Counted from the whole stretch's first letter, positions 1-9,691 are shown. The stretch: DNA of 61,666 bases, filler included, from an uncultured bacterium (GCA_964637655.1; 6 parts of 6 records of this genome joined end to end with filler, not necessarily neighbours in it), one strand, 5' to 3'. The notes: generated by a model from the letters alone, not told the origin. Numbers and translations are program-made.

Positions 1-52
1 GCATAATCCGGAGTTCGGCATTATGCCGCTTATGCCGAATGCGGCATAATCG
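1..52. repeat. Double hairpin (GGCATAAT/ATTATGCC-type) REP-like element at contig start
   Basis: GCATAAT..ATTATGC stem followed by the TTATGCCG-aatg-CGGCATAA stem; similarity to the paralogous kinase begins only after ~53. Confidence 0.5.
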
Positions 53-1085
53 TCATACCTTCGTCACGCCACACTGGCAGTCGCGCTCCATCATCCTCGC
101 GGCGCTTTTCCTCATTCCCACGCTGCGCAACGCCCTGCTGCTGGTCCGGCCGCCATTCCCCGATCCGGAACAACGTGGGCCGGCCCGCTTCGTCGCGGTC
201 GTCACTTCGCTCGACGGCCTCTACCGGTTTTTTATCGTTGTCCCCTACCTCGCCCTGGGATTCGACACCAGCGCCGACCTGCCCGGCGCCGGGCAGCCGA
301 TGCAACTGTCAGTGCTGCTCTCGCTGGCCAATTACCTGCTGCTCAACCTCGGGCTGCTCTGGCTGGTCTTCACGCGGCTGGCCAGCGACCTGCGCGAATC
401 GCTCGACGCGCGCGAGCGGCTGCTCGAACTCGTCGCCCACGATTTGCGCAACCCGTTCGCCGTCATCCTCGGCAATGCCGAGCAGTTCAGCCGCATGCGC
501 CACCTGCCGGACGAAACACTCCTTCTCCGCTACGGGCAGACCATGCTCAGGTCAGCCACGCGCGCCTACGACCTGCTCGAGAACCTGCTCCTCTGGGGGC
601 AGCGCGGCTCGCTGGCTGCCGACTTCCGCGCGCATGAAGTGCTGCCGCTGGCGAAACACGCCTGCGCCCATGCCGCTGCCGGCGCCGCCGCCAAGCGTAT
701 CGATTTTGCGCTCACCGTGCCGGCCGGAGTATCCGTGCGTGCTGACGCCAACATGCTCTCTGCCATCATCCGCAATCTTGCCGGCAACGCGGTCAAGTTC
801 ACCCCCGAAGGGGGGCGTATCGGGGTGACTGCCGGCAGTACCGCGACCGGCGTGGAGATTGCCGTGACCAACAGCGGCAGCACCCTGGCATCGTGCATCT
901 GCACGGCGCTGAACACCGGTCAATCACTCACCAGCACGCGCGGCACAGCGGGCGAAATGGGTTCAGGGCTCGGTCTGCAGCTGGTGCGCGACTTCCTCGC
1001 GCGCCATGACAGCACACTGCGCTGCGACTGCCCGGCGGAGGGGGGCATGCGCATCAGTTTCATCCTCCCGGCGGCAGCCGCATGA
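39..1085 (+). CDS. Membrane sensor histidine kinase (5'-truncated or interrupted paralog)
   Basis: H-box AHDLRNPF, N-box RNLAGNAVKFT, G2 GSGLGL; lacks the first ~110 aa of the downstream paralog; G1 box reads NSGST. Confidence 0.85.
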   Translation: MRHNRHTFVTPHWQSRSIILAALFLIPTLRNALLLVRPPFPDPEQRGPARFVAVVTSLDGLYRFFIVVPYLALGFDTSADLPGAGQPMQLSVLLSLANYLLLNLGLLWLVFTRLASDLRESLDARERLLELVAHDLRNPFAVILGNAEQFSRMRHLPDETLLLRYGQTMLRSATRAYDLLENLLLWGQRGSLAADFRAHEVLPLAKHACAHAAAGAAAKRIDFALTVPAGVSVRADANMLSAIIRNLAGNAVKFTPEGGRIGVTAGSTATGVEIAVTNSGSTLASCICTALNTGQSLTSTRGTAGEMGSGLGLQLVRDFLARHDSTLRCDCPAEGGMRISFILPAAAA

Positions 1086-2437
1086 CCTTCCTCACCGTCA
1101 AGCCGATTGCGCTGACCGCGCTGGCGGTCTCCGTCATCATCTTTGCCTTCATCGCGCTGCTGCCGCGCCGCTTCGACAGCAATGGCGCGCTGGTCGAACT
1201 GCGCCGCGCCATCTGCTGCCTGATCCCCGGCCTGCTGGGCTACGGCCTGCGTGATGAACTGCCTGATTTTTTCGCTGTCTATATCGCCAATGCCGGCGTC
1301 CTCGCCACGCACCTCTTTCTCGGGCGCGGCCTGCGCCGCTTCCGCGGCAGTGCCGACCCGGGGTGGCGCTTCGATCTCGCGCTGCTGTTCCTCTTCCTGC
1401 TGGTCTTCATCCCGCATACCTTCATCGCCCCTGACTGGCAGGCGCGGACCATCATCATCGGCATGGTCTTCTTCGTGCCGCTGCTGCGCAATGCGCTGAC
1501 CTTGCTGCGCCCCCCGCTGCCGGCCCGCGACCTGCGCGCCGTCGCCGCGTTGATTGCCGCCTCCTTCCTGCTGGATGCCGTCTGGCGCCTCGGCGTCGTC
1601 TCACCGTACCTGCTGCTGGGATATGATCCTTCGTCGGTGATGACTGAATCGGGACTGGTGGTGCGGCTTGGCCTCGCCGCCAGCGGGCTGGGACTGCTGC
1701 TCGGTTTTCTCGGGCTCTGCTGGCTGGTCTTCGCCCGGCTGGCGGACGACCTGCGCGAGTCGCTCGATGCGCGCGAGCAGCTGCTCGCGCTCGTCGCGCA
1801 CGATCTGCGCAACCCGTTCGCCGTCATCCTCGGCAATGCCGAGCAGGTCAGCCGCATGCGACAGCCGCCGCCGGTCGAGCTTTTCCGTCAGTACGGGCAG
1901 ACCATGCTCAGGTCCGCCACGCGCGCCTACGACCTGCTCGAAAACCTGCTGCTCTGGGGCCATGGGCGCCATATGCATTACGACCCGCGCCCGCACGAAC
2001 TGCTGCCACTGGCGAAACACGCCTGCGCGCACGCTGTCGCCGGGGCCGGAGCAAAAAATATCGAACTGGTCATCGCGATTCCCGCCGGTCTCACCGCCAC
2101 TGCCGATAGCAACATGCTCGCCGCGGTCATCCGCAACCTGGCGGGCAACGCGGTCAAGTTCACCCCCGAGGGGGGCCGCATCACCATCAGCGCGGCGGCC
2201 ACGGCCGCCGGCCTCGAGGTGGCGGTCAGCGATACGGGTGCAGGCTGTTCAGCGGAAGTGTGTGCCGCCCTCGCTGCCGGTCAGGCGCTGCAGAGTACGC
2301 GCGGCACTGCGGGTGAGATGGGTTCCGGCCTCGGCTTGCAACTCGTGCGCGACATGCTCGCGCGCCACGGCAGCACGCTGTGCTGCGACTGCCCGCCTGA
2401 CGGCGGCAGCCGCTTCTCCTTCATCCTCCCGGCCTGA
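1082..2437 (+). CDS. Multi-TM sensor histidine kinase
   Basis: About 7 hydrophobic segments, H-box AHDLRNPF, N-box NLAGNAVKFT, G1 DTGAG, G2 GSGLGL; ATGA overlap with upstream gene. Confidence 0.92.
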   Translation: MTFLTVKPIALTALAVSVIIFAFIALLPRRFDSNGALVELRRAICCLIPGLLGYGLRDELPDFFAVYIANAGVLATHLFLGRGLRRFRGSADPGWRFDLALLFLFLLVFIPHTFIAPDWQARTIIIGMVFFVPLLRNALTLLRPPLPARDLRAVAALIAASFLLDAVWRLGVVSPYLLLGYDPSSVMTESGLVVRLGLAASGLGLLLGFLGLCWLVFARLADDLRESLDAREQLLALVAHDLRNPFAVILGNAEQVSRMRQPPPVELFRQYGQTMLRSATRAYDLLENLLLWGHGRHMHYDPRPHELLPLAKHACAHAVAGAGAKNIELVIAIPAGLTATADSNMLAAVIRNLAGNAVKFTPEGGRITISAAATAAGLEVAVSDTGAGCSAEVCAALAAGQALQSTRGTAGEMGSGLGLQLVRDMLARHGSTLCCDCPPDGGSRFSFILPA

Positions 2438-2524
2438 TTGTCCGCCTCTGCCGGTGGAGCACAGCCGCCCCCGGCTGTGGCCGATACATCGCAACGGAGC
2501 GCCAGTGCAGCAATCGCGGGACAG

Positions 2525-3607
2525 TCAACCGAAACGGATGGCGTCGACCGGGCAGGCGTCGCGGCACCGGCCGCAGGACCAGCAGTCGGGCGCGGTCAGC
2601 ACCGGGCATCCGGCAAGGGTATGCGCCATCGCCTCCGTCGGGCAGGCGCGCACGCAGGCACCGCAGTTGATGCACGTCGCGCGGTCGACGACGATGCGGC
2701 GGCGGGCGAACCGTTCGAGCAGCCACGACCAGAGCCCGAACGGGCAGAGGTAATGGCAATAGGGACGGAAGGTGAGCACGGCAAGCACCAGCAGCAGCGG
2801 CGAGAGCAGCAGTGCGGTCTGCGGCAGGTCGTAGAGGGTGAACAGCTTGAAGTAGTTGAGTTCATGCGTCAGCACATAATCCTGCACCCACGGCTGCCAG
2901 CCAAACAACAGTGCAAGAAACGCGAGAATAAAGAGCACCCGCGCGAGCAGCGACCAGCGATACGGCACCGGGCGGCGCCAGCGCGCCGGCAGCAGGCGAT
3001 GCAGCAGTTCCTGCAGCGCGCCGAGCGGGCAGGCCCAGCCGCAGAGCAGTTTCGGCACGGAGAGCGACAACGCGGTGAAGAGCGTGAACAACAGCAGCAC
3101 GCCAAACACGTCGCCTTCCAGCCCGGCAAGCAGTTTCAGCGCCTTGACCAGCGTCTCCATCGGCCCGTAGCCGCCGGCGAAAAGAAAGCCGAACACCGCC
3201 ACTGCCCCGAACAGCAACAGCCGACGCCAGCGCGCCATGGGGCGCAGCGAAAGTACAAACCATGCCACACCAAGGCACCAGCAGGTCCAGAGCGCGGTGA
3301 TGGCCACCGCATGCGCCGGATGCCGCTCATGCGCCAGATGCACCAGCGCATCAGCCAGCACGGCTGACGGGACGGGAAGTTCGCGCAGCGGGATCTGCCG
3401 CGGCAACGACCACGCATCGGGATAGTCGTGATAAAGCAGATGCAACAGTTCCTTGACCGGCACACCGAACTGCTGCGCCGTTTCTTTCAGCGTCAGGTTC
3501 AGGTCCGGCGCCACCGGCGCGCCCGCATCCTGCAGCGCCGGCCATTGCCAGAGCAGCGCTGCCCCGAGTGCCAGCAGCGTCAGCAGCAGCAGTTTCATCA
3601 GTCGCAT
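2525..3607 (-). CDS. Membrane 4Fe-4S binding protein (NapH/YccM-like)
   Basis: CGWACPLG and CHYLCPFG motifs plus two CxxCxxCxxxCP motifs; GGAGG RBS before ATG 3607. Confidence 0.88.
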   Translation of the reverse strand: MRLMKLLLLTLLALGAALLWQWPALQDAGAPVAPDLNLTLKETAQQFGVPVKELLHLLYHDYPDAWSLPRQIPLRELPVPSAVLADALVHLAHERHPAHAVAITALWTCWCLGVAWFVLSLRPMARWRRLLLFGAVAVFGFLFAGGYGPMETLVKALKLLAGLEGDVFGVLLLFTLFTALSLSVPKLLCGWACPLGALQELLHRLLPARWRRPVPYRWSLLARVLFILAFLALLFGWQPWVQDYVLTHELNYFKLFTLYDLPQTALLLSPLLLVLAVLTFRPYCHYLCPFGLWSWLLERFARRRIVVDRATCINCGACVRACPTEAMAHTLAGCPVLTAPDCWSCGRCRDACPVDAIRFG

Positions 3608-3631
3608 CGTCTTGCCTCCGGGTCCTGTCGC

Positions 3632-3669
3632 TTGACAGTTATTGTAGCATATGCTATTATGCCGGGCAA
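3632..3669. promoter_or_regulatory. Overlapping divergent sigma70-type promoters centred on the TAGCATATGCTA palindrome
   Basis: Plus strand TTGACA(3632)-17-TATTAT(3655); minus strand TTGCCC(3669)-17-TACAAT(3646); both have extended TG. Confidence 0.65.
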
Positions 3670-3685
3670 GCAGCGGAGGCAGTCG

Positions 3686-4153
3686 ATGACAGCAGCGGCG
3701 GAGCGCCCTTATCCAACTGGTGAAGTTGTTGCCGTCAACTACGCGCCGCAACGCGGGGCGAAAAAACCTGTCGCAGCGGCGGCGTTGGTCGTGGGCCGCG
3801 GGCTTGCGGGCGATGCCCATGCTGACGCGGGTGACCGCGCCATAAGCATCCTGCCGCTCGAGGCGCTGGCGCTGCTGCCGGCCGCACAGCGCGCGGCCGC
3901 CGCCGCCGAGCCGCCCACGGAGAACCTTACCATCCGCGGCCTGCCGCCGGCGCTGCTCACCGTCGGGTGCCGGCTGCAGGCGGGCGAAGCGGTGATTGAA
4001 ATCTGTCATATCGGCAAGACGGTGGCGGAGCCGCGGGGCCGCCGTCACGCCATGAGCCGCGCCGGTCGCTTCGGGCGCGTCATTGGTGCCGGCACGGTGC
4101 GTCCGGGCGACCGCTGCACACTGCTCCCCGCAGACACAGGAGAAAAGCAATGA
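3686..4153 (+). CDS. MOSC domain protein
   Basis: GEVVAVN, GLAGDAHA, ENLTIRG, IGK and GTVRPGD motifs; GGAGG RBS. Confidence 0.85.
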   Translation: MTAAAERPYPTGEVVAVNYAPQRGAKKPVAAAALVVGRGLAGDAHADAGDRAISILPLEALALLPAAQRAAAAAEPPTENLTIRGLPPALLTVGCRLQAGEAVIEICHIGKTVAEPRGRRHAMSRAGRFGRVIGAGTVRPGDRCTLLPADTGEKQ

Positions 4154-5856
4154 GCACAACCGAACGCAGAACCATCATCGTCATCGGCGGGACGGCCGCC
4201 GGCCCGACGGCGGCGGCGCGCGCGCGCCGCCTCGATGAGCAGGCGGAAATCATCATCCTGCAAAAGGGGAAGGACCTGTCGATGGCGTCGTGCGGCTACC
4301 CGTACTATGTCGGCGGCGTATTCGACGACCGCAACCTGCTGCTCGCCACGCCCACGGGCACCACCCGCGACCCGCTCTTCTATCTCAATGCCAAGGGGAT
4401 CACCGCACGCACGGAGACCGAGGCGCTGGCCATCGACCCGGTGCACCATACCGTACGCTGCCGCAACCTCGTCAACAACACCGAGGAGGAACTGCACTAC
4501 GACAAGCTGATTATCGCCACCGGGTCGAAGCCGCGCCTGCCCGACCTGCCGGGGCTCGACCTCGAGGGGGTAACGACGCTGCAGTCGATGCGCGATGCCG
4601 ACTACCTGCGCCGCGTGCGCGACGAGCGGCGCCTCAAAAAGGCGGTCATCGTCGGGGGCGGGCTGATCGGCATCGAGACCGCCGAAGCGCTGCACCTCGC
4701 GGGTATCGGCATCACCATCATCGAGGCGGGGGCGCATATTCTCCCCTTCCTCGACGACGAACTGGCGATGCTGGTCGAGAACCACATCCGCGCGAAGGGA
4801 GCCAACCTGCTCTGCGGCAACGCGGTCAGTGCCTTCCTTGGCAGCGACGGCAAGCTCACGGCGGTGAAACTCGCCAACGGCACGGAACTCGACTGCGAAC
4901 TGGCGGTCATCGCCATCGGGGTCGTCCCGAACAGCGAACTGGCTGCCGCCGCGGGACTGCGCATCAGCGAGATCGGCGCCATCGCCGTGGACGAATTCCT
5001 GCAGACCTCGGCTCCCGACATCTACGCCGCCGGCGACTGCATCGCCGTGCCGCATATGCTCACCGGGAAGATGACCTACGCCCCCTACGGCGACCTCGCC
5101 AACCTCGAGGGTCGTGTGGCGGCGGACAATGCCGTGCTCGGCAACCGCACGGTATTCCCCGGCACCATCCAGACGGGCATCTGCAAGGTGTTCGAGTTCA
5201 CCGCCGGGACGACGGGACTCAACGAGCGGCTGGCGGGCAAGTACGGACTGCCCCCCTACCTCACCGCGGTCAATGCCGGGCTCGACAAGCCCGGGTTCAT
5301 GGGGGGGAAACTGCTGGTATCCAAGATGCTCGCCGACCGCGACACCGGGCGGCTGCTCGGTTACCAGTGCGTCGGCACCGGCGACGTCAGCAAGCAGATT
5401 GCGCTGGCAGCCATGGCCATACGCGGGCACCTGTCTTTGACCTCACTCGCCACCGCCGACCTGCCGTACGCGCCCCCCTTCTCCCCGGCCATCGACCACT
5501 TCATCACCAGCGCGCACGTGCTGTCCAACAAGCGAGACGGGCGCATGGCGGGGATCAGCGCGGTACAGTTGAAGGAACTGCTCGACCGCGACGAGCCGCT
5601 CTGCCTCATCGACGTGCGCAGCACGGAGGAGTTCGAGGCGATGCGCCTCGGGCGGGGTGAAATCCTCATCCCGCTCGGCGCCCTGCGCCGCAAGCTCAGC
5701 GAACTGCCGCAGGACCGCGACACGCCCATCATCTGTTTCTGCAAGATTTCGCTGCGCGGCTACGAGGCGGCGACCGTGCTGCGCGCCCACGGGTGGCGCA
5801 ACGTGCGCGTGCTCGAAGGCGGCCTCATGGCCTGGCCCTACCGCCGCGAAAAGTAG
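4150..5856 (+). CDS. CoA-disulfide/persulfide reductase with C-terminal rhodanese domain
   Basis: GGTAAG FAD site, SCGYPY active Cys, GGGLIG NAD site, YAPPFS, C-terminal rhodanese (IDVR, FCKISLRG, LEGG). Confidence 0.92.
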   Translation: MSTTERRTIIVIGGTAAGPTAAARARRLDEQAEIIILQKGKDLSMASCGYPYYVGGVFDDRNLLLATPTGTTRDPLFYLNAKGITARTETEALAIDPVHHTVRCRNLVNNTEEELHYDKLIIATGSKPRLPDLPGLDLEGVTTLQSMRDADYLRRVRDERRLKKAVIVGGGLIGIETAEALHLAGIGITIIEAGAHILPFLDDELAMLVENHIRAKGANLLCGNAVSAFLGSDGKLTAVKLANGTELDCELAVIAIGVVPNSELAAAAGLRISEIGAIAVDEFLQTSAPDIYAAGDCIAVPHMLTGKMTYAPYGDLANLEGRVAADNAVLGNRTVFPGTIQTGICKVFEFTAGTTGLNERLAGKYGLPPYLTAVNAGLDKPGFMGGKLLVSKMLADRDTGRLLGYQCVGTGDVSKQIALAAMAIRGHLSLTSLATADLPYAPPFSPAIDHFITSAHVLSNKRDGRMAGISAVQLKELLDRDEPLCLIDVRSTEEFEAMRLGRGEILIPLGALRRKLSELPQDRDTPIICFCKISLRGYEAATVLRAHGWRNVRVLEGGLMAWPYRREK

Positions 5857-5859
5857 CGG

Positions 5860-6987
5860 TCAAGTGCGCGCGTAGGCGCGGCGGACGAATTCCGCCGCGG
5901 TGAGAAACAGCAGCACGATGAGCGGGCCGTAGAAGATGCCCGCCATGCCGAACGCGCTCATGCCGCCGAGAATGCTCAGCAGGATGAGCAGCGAATTGAG
6001 CCGCACGCGGTTGCCCATAAACAGCGGCTTGAACCAGTTCTCGGTAATCAGCGCCACCGCGGCACACCAGACAAAGACCCCGAGCGCCGCCCCGGTCTGG
6101 CCGGTGGCGAGCAGGTAGAGCGCGGCCGGCACCGAGATGAACGAGATGCCGACCAGCGGAATAAACGCCAGCACGACCATCACCACCGTCCAGAGCAGCG
6201 GTGAGGGCACGCCGGCGAGGGCAAAACTGATGCCCGCCAGCCCTCCCTGAATAACTCCGCCGATAAAGTTGCAGACCAGCGTGACGTAGTTCATCTCGTT
6301 GAAGCGCCCGAGGATGGTCTCCATGTCGCGCGACGGCAGCGGCGACATGCCGGCGATGAACTGCCGCAGGTCGCCCCCGTAGGCCAGCAGTCCGAAGACC
6401 ACCAGCAGCATGACCATGAACTGGTAGAGGAAGGCAAACAGGTTGCCGACCATGGCGTTGAGCAGGGCGAGGACGCTGCCGCTCAGTTGCTGCGCCGCAT
6501 CGAGGAAGATCGTTTGGACCGTCGCCGCATTGTACGGCTGGTCCGGCAGGAAAAAGGCAAAGATGCGTTCGCCCGCCGCCGCCACCCGCCCCTCGCCGAA
6601 CAGGTACTCGCCAAGCATCGCCGTCGTCTCCGGGGCCTGCGCCACACGGTAGGCGGCCGCCACTTCGTGGGTCAGGCGCACCAGCACGTAGGTGGCCGGC
6701 AGGAAGACGACGACGACGATGAGCAGGCAGCTGACGGTGGCGGCACGATGGGGCAGCCACTGCCGCCGCTGCACGAGGAAGCGCTGCAGCGGGGAGAACG
6801 TTCCCGCGAGGATGCCGGCGAAGATGATGGCGGTAAGGTGCGGCCACACGATCATGCCGGCCAGCACGGCCATGAGCAGAAAGAACCCGGTAAACGCCGC
6901 GCGCTGCGCCTGCGGCTGCGCCAGTCCGTACGTCGGCAACGCCGGTGGTGGTGCTGTCACCGGCGGTTTCTGCTTCTTCGCCATCAT
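5860..6987 (-). CDS. AI-2E family transporter
   Basis: Multi-TM; AFIPLVG, ENWFKP and GGMSAFGMAGIFYGP signatures. Confidence 0.9.
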   Translation of the reverse strand: MMAKKQKPPVTAPPPALPTYGLAQPQAQRAAFTGFFLLMAVLAGMIVWPHLTAIIFAGILAGTFSPLQRFLVQRRQWLPHRAATVSCLLIVVVVFLPATYVLVRLTHEVAAAYRVAQAPETTAMLGEYLFGEGRVAAAGERIFAFFLPDQPYNAATVQTIFLDAAQQLSGSVLALLNAMVGNLFAFLYQFMVMLLVVFGLLAYGGDLRQFIAGMSPLPSRDMETILGRFNEMNYVTLVCNFIGGVIQGGLAGISFALAGVPSPLLWTVVMVVLAFIPLVGISFISVPAALYLLATGQTGAALGVFVWCAAVALITENWFKPLFMGNRVRLNSLLILLSILGGMSAFGMAGIFYGPLIVLLFLTAAEFVRRAYART

Positions 6988-7015
6988 CTGCTCCCGCGGC
7001 GGTCTGCCTGCGGAT

Positions 7016-7044
7016 ATGGTAGCACCCGCCCCGCGACACGTCAA
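7016..7044 (-). promoter_or_regulatory. Sigma70-type promoter for the AI-2E gene
   Basis: TTGACG-17-TACCAT with extended TG. Confidence 0.55.
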
Positions 7045-7148
7045 CGTGCACACGGAATCTTCCGGTTTGGCCGGTGCCCTGTCCGGAACATCAGCGCATG
7101 ACCATTCCCCCTGCGCTCTTCCCCCTCACCTGCCGCTGCGCGGCTTCC

Positions 7149-7420
7149 TCTCCCTCAGGGAGAGGGAAAACACGCGCTGACGTCAGCAGGCAACGGAAAG
7201 CCGCACGATGCGGCCTGCTCTCCCGCAGGGAGAGGGAAAACACGCGCTGACGTTAGCGGGCAACGGAAAGCCGCACGACGCGGCCTGTTCTCCCGCAGGG
7301 AGAGGGAAAACCCGTGCTGACGTCAGCGGGCAACGGAACGCCGCACGACGCGGCCTGTTCTCCCGCAGGGAGAGGGAAAACACGCGCTGACGTCAGCAGG
7401 CAGCAGAGCGCAGCACGACA
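7149..7420. repeat. 70-bp tandem repeat (~3.8 copies) containing a REP-like hairpin; last copy overlaps the DUF89 gene stop
   Basis: Units start at 7149, 7219, 7289 and 7359; each has TCTCCCnCAGGGAGA and GCTGACGTCAGC (one copy GCTGACGTTAGC). Confidence 0.92.
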
Positions 7421-8250
7421 TGGCTGCCGACCGGATGCCCCGCCACGCGGGCGACGGGTTCGCACTTGACGCGGAACAGGCACCAGATGGGTTCCGCCCT
7501 GCCGCTGAGCGTCTCGAAATTGCCCTGTCCCTTGGCGATGATGAGGTCGGCCGCCGTGAACAGCGCGCGGAACGCCGGACTGGTATCGTCGATAATCGTC
7601 CCGGGTGCGGCGCAGCCGCTGCTGATGACCGGCACCAATGCGGTGACACCTGTATACTCCGCGTCGGCCATGACCGCGTCGTTGAGGATGGGGGCACTGC
7701 GCACGGCTACGGTCACCGCGCCGCGCGGCAACTGCCCGAGCAGCAGACGGTCAGCAACGATTTCACCCGCATTATCCGTAAGATAGAGGATGCGCCGGGC
7801 GCTGGCGACCGCGGCGGCAAAGCCGGCATAGTCACCGCGCAGTGGACATGCCGCAGCGTCACGCACCTCATCGAGCAGCGTGTCGGGGCCGTGGACGTCA
7901 TGCACGCCAAGGTCGATGATGTTGCCGGCAATGGCAAAGCGTGCCGCGGCCGCCAGCGGGTCGTCCGCCGCATCCACCTGGCGCTGCAATTCCGGCAGCA
8001 AACGCAGCATCAGGTCGTTGTGCAGCCGCTTGTCAGCGGCAAACGGGTCAGCCAGCCCGGTGAGTTCGCGCAGCCGGCGGTGGATCTGCCGGGCGACCAC
8101 CGGTGGCGACAGGGAGAAATCAAGTTCCGCCACCCGGTGCAGCGTTTCGCGCATGATGCATTCATGCACCGCGGGATCATCGCTGAAACGCCGCGCCAGG
8201 CGCAGCGCCTGTTGTGCGAAACAGGGGACGCAGTCGAGCGAGGTCTGCAC
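7393..8250 (-). CDS. DUF89/ARMT1-like metal-dependent phosphatase
   Basis: QTSLDCVPC, AGNIIDLG, DNAGEIVAD, PILND, KGQGNFETL, FRVKC; GTG start inferred. Confidence 0.92.
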   Translation of the reverse strand: MQTSLDCVPCFAQQALRLARRFSDDPAVHECIMRETLHRVAELDFSLSPPVVARQIHRRLRELTGLADPFAADKRLHNDLMLRLLPELQRQVDAADDPLAAAARFAIAGNIIDLGVHDVHGPDTLLDEVRDAAACPLRGDYAGFAAAVASARRILYLTDNAGEIVADRLLLGQLPRGAVTVAVRSAPILNDAVMADAEYTGVTALVPVISSGCAAPGTIIDDTSPAFRALFTAADLIIAKGQGNFETLSGRAEPIWCLFRVKCEPVARVAGHPVGSHVVLRSAAC

Positions 8251-8349
8251 GGAGTCAGCGCCGCCGGCGGCGGCGGTCTTCCTTGCGGCGACGCCGGCTG
8301 CGCTGGATTGCGATAACAGGGGTGCAAACGCCAATACGCGACATGACAG

Positions 8350-8682
8350 TCAGCGCCGCTTACGCGGGGTCAGGCCGTGCGGCGCGTTCTCGTCGCCCCA
8401 GCACCAGTCGCGGTAGAAACGTTCGAGCACCGCCTGCTCGGCATCGGCGGGCGCGGCATCGTCGAACGGGATGCGGTAGTCGTCGCAGAAGGCGACGAGC
8501 ACGTCGCGCGCCTCAGCGAGCTGCTGCAGTCGCTGCGCGCTGCCGGGCGCGTTGCCGCACTTGTCGGGATGCCATTGCCGCGCGAGACGGCGGTAGGCGC
8601 GGCGGACGTCGTTGCGCGAGACGCTGTGTCCCAGTTCGAGCAGTGTGCGCGCTGCGCCCAGCGTCAGCGGCCGTCCGCTCAT
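8350..8682 (-). CDS. Small J-domain (DnaJ-like) protein
   Basis: VRRAYRRLARQWHPDK J-domain motif; ATGA coupling to upstream gene. Confidence 0.88.
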   Translation of the reverse strand: MSGRPLTLGAARTLLELGHSVSRNDVRRAYRRLARQWHPDKCGNAPGSAQRLQQLAEARDVLVAFCDDYRIPFDDAAPADAEQAVLERFYRDWCWGDENAPHGLTPRKRR

Positions 8683-9689
8683 GCGCGCACCGCAGCCCGC
8701 ACCGCGCGCAGCGCCTGCTGCGCCTTGCGTCCGCACGAGGGGAGCGCCCCGGGACAGCGCATGCCGTCGAGGTGCCGCGGCACCACGCGCAGCGCTGTAG
8801 CCAGCGCCCGCGACCCGCCGCCGGCGGCATAGGCGAGTCCCGCGGCCAGCGCCGGGGCCGCCTTGGTCGCCAGCCCGCAGCTGTCGGAGATGCGCTTGCG
8901 GCGGCGGGTCAGCCAGCACTGGGTCAGCAACGCGACGACTGCGGCCGGCAGTGCCGCCTCCCCGCGCTGCCGCAGCAGTTCGCGCAGCGGCACCCCGATA
9001 AACATCCCCTGATTGCCCGATCCGGTGATGGTCATGACCCGAAAGGCCCCGCCCAGCATACGCGCGCGCACGAGATGGGGAACCGCGCGGTCGACCGGCA
9101 GGCGTACCGCGGCCTGTTCGCGCAGGAACGTGCGCACAAATCGCTCAAGCCGCGCCTCGCGCTGCTCCGCCACGCGGATAATGTCGGGGATGCCGGCGGG
9201 GAGTTTGAGGTGCGGGCGCGTGCACTGCTGTCCGAGCCCGCGGCTGTCGCTGAGCAACGCCAGCTGGTCATGCCCCCCCTGCACGGTTGCTTCCGCCCAG
9301 TTGTGCCCGTCGCTGACCCGCGCGCGGGCATAGACGCCGCATTGCGGCGCCGTGTGTACCGTCAGCCAGTGGCGGCGGCGGACGACCGCACGCACGCGCC
9401 GCGCGTCCAGGGCCGCGAAGGGGTTGTACCCGCGGCTGCACGTCACCAGACCGGCCGCGGCGGCGTAGACGAGCCCGCGACGGTTGACTGCGGGAACCAC
9501 CGCGGTGCTGCCGTTGCGCCGCACTTCACGCGACAGCCATAATTCCACGGTAAGTGCCGCCCCCGCGCGCGGGCGCAGGAAGCGCCGGGCCGAGGCAACC
9601 GCAAAGGCAATGGTCGCCGGTTCGGTGCAGCCGACCACCGCGACAATTTCACGCTGCAGCAGGCGCAGCGCATCAGCAGCGGAAAACAT
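8679..9689 (-). CDS. YhaM/UPF0597-like (Fe-S serine dehydratase alpha/cysteine desulfidase family) protein, compact
   Basis: EIVAVVGCTEPA, GSGNQG, SCG and GMRCPGALPSC motifs. Confidence 0.75.
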   Translation of the reverse strand: MFSAADALRLLQREIVAVVGCTEPATIAFAVASARRFLRPRAGAALTVELWLSREVRRNGSTAVVPAVNRRGLVYAAAAGLVTCSRGYNPFAALDARRVRAVVRRRHWLTVHTAPQCGVYARARVSDGHNWAEATVQGGHDQLALLSDSRGLGQQCTRPHLKLPAGIPDIIRVAEQREARLERFVRTFLREQAAVRLPVDRAVPHLVRARMLGGAFRVMTITGSGNQGMFIGVPLRELLRQRGEAALPAAVVALLTQCWLTRRRKRISDSCGLATKAAPALAAGLAYAAGGGSRALATALRVVPRHLDGMRCPGALPSCGRKAQQALRAVRAAVRA

Positions 9690-9691
9690 GG

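Noticed and set aside
7149..7420. CRISPR array
   Set aside because: The whole 70-bp unit repeats with only scattered SNPs; there are no unique spacers and no cas genes
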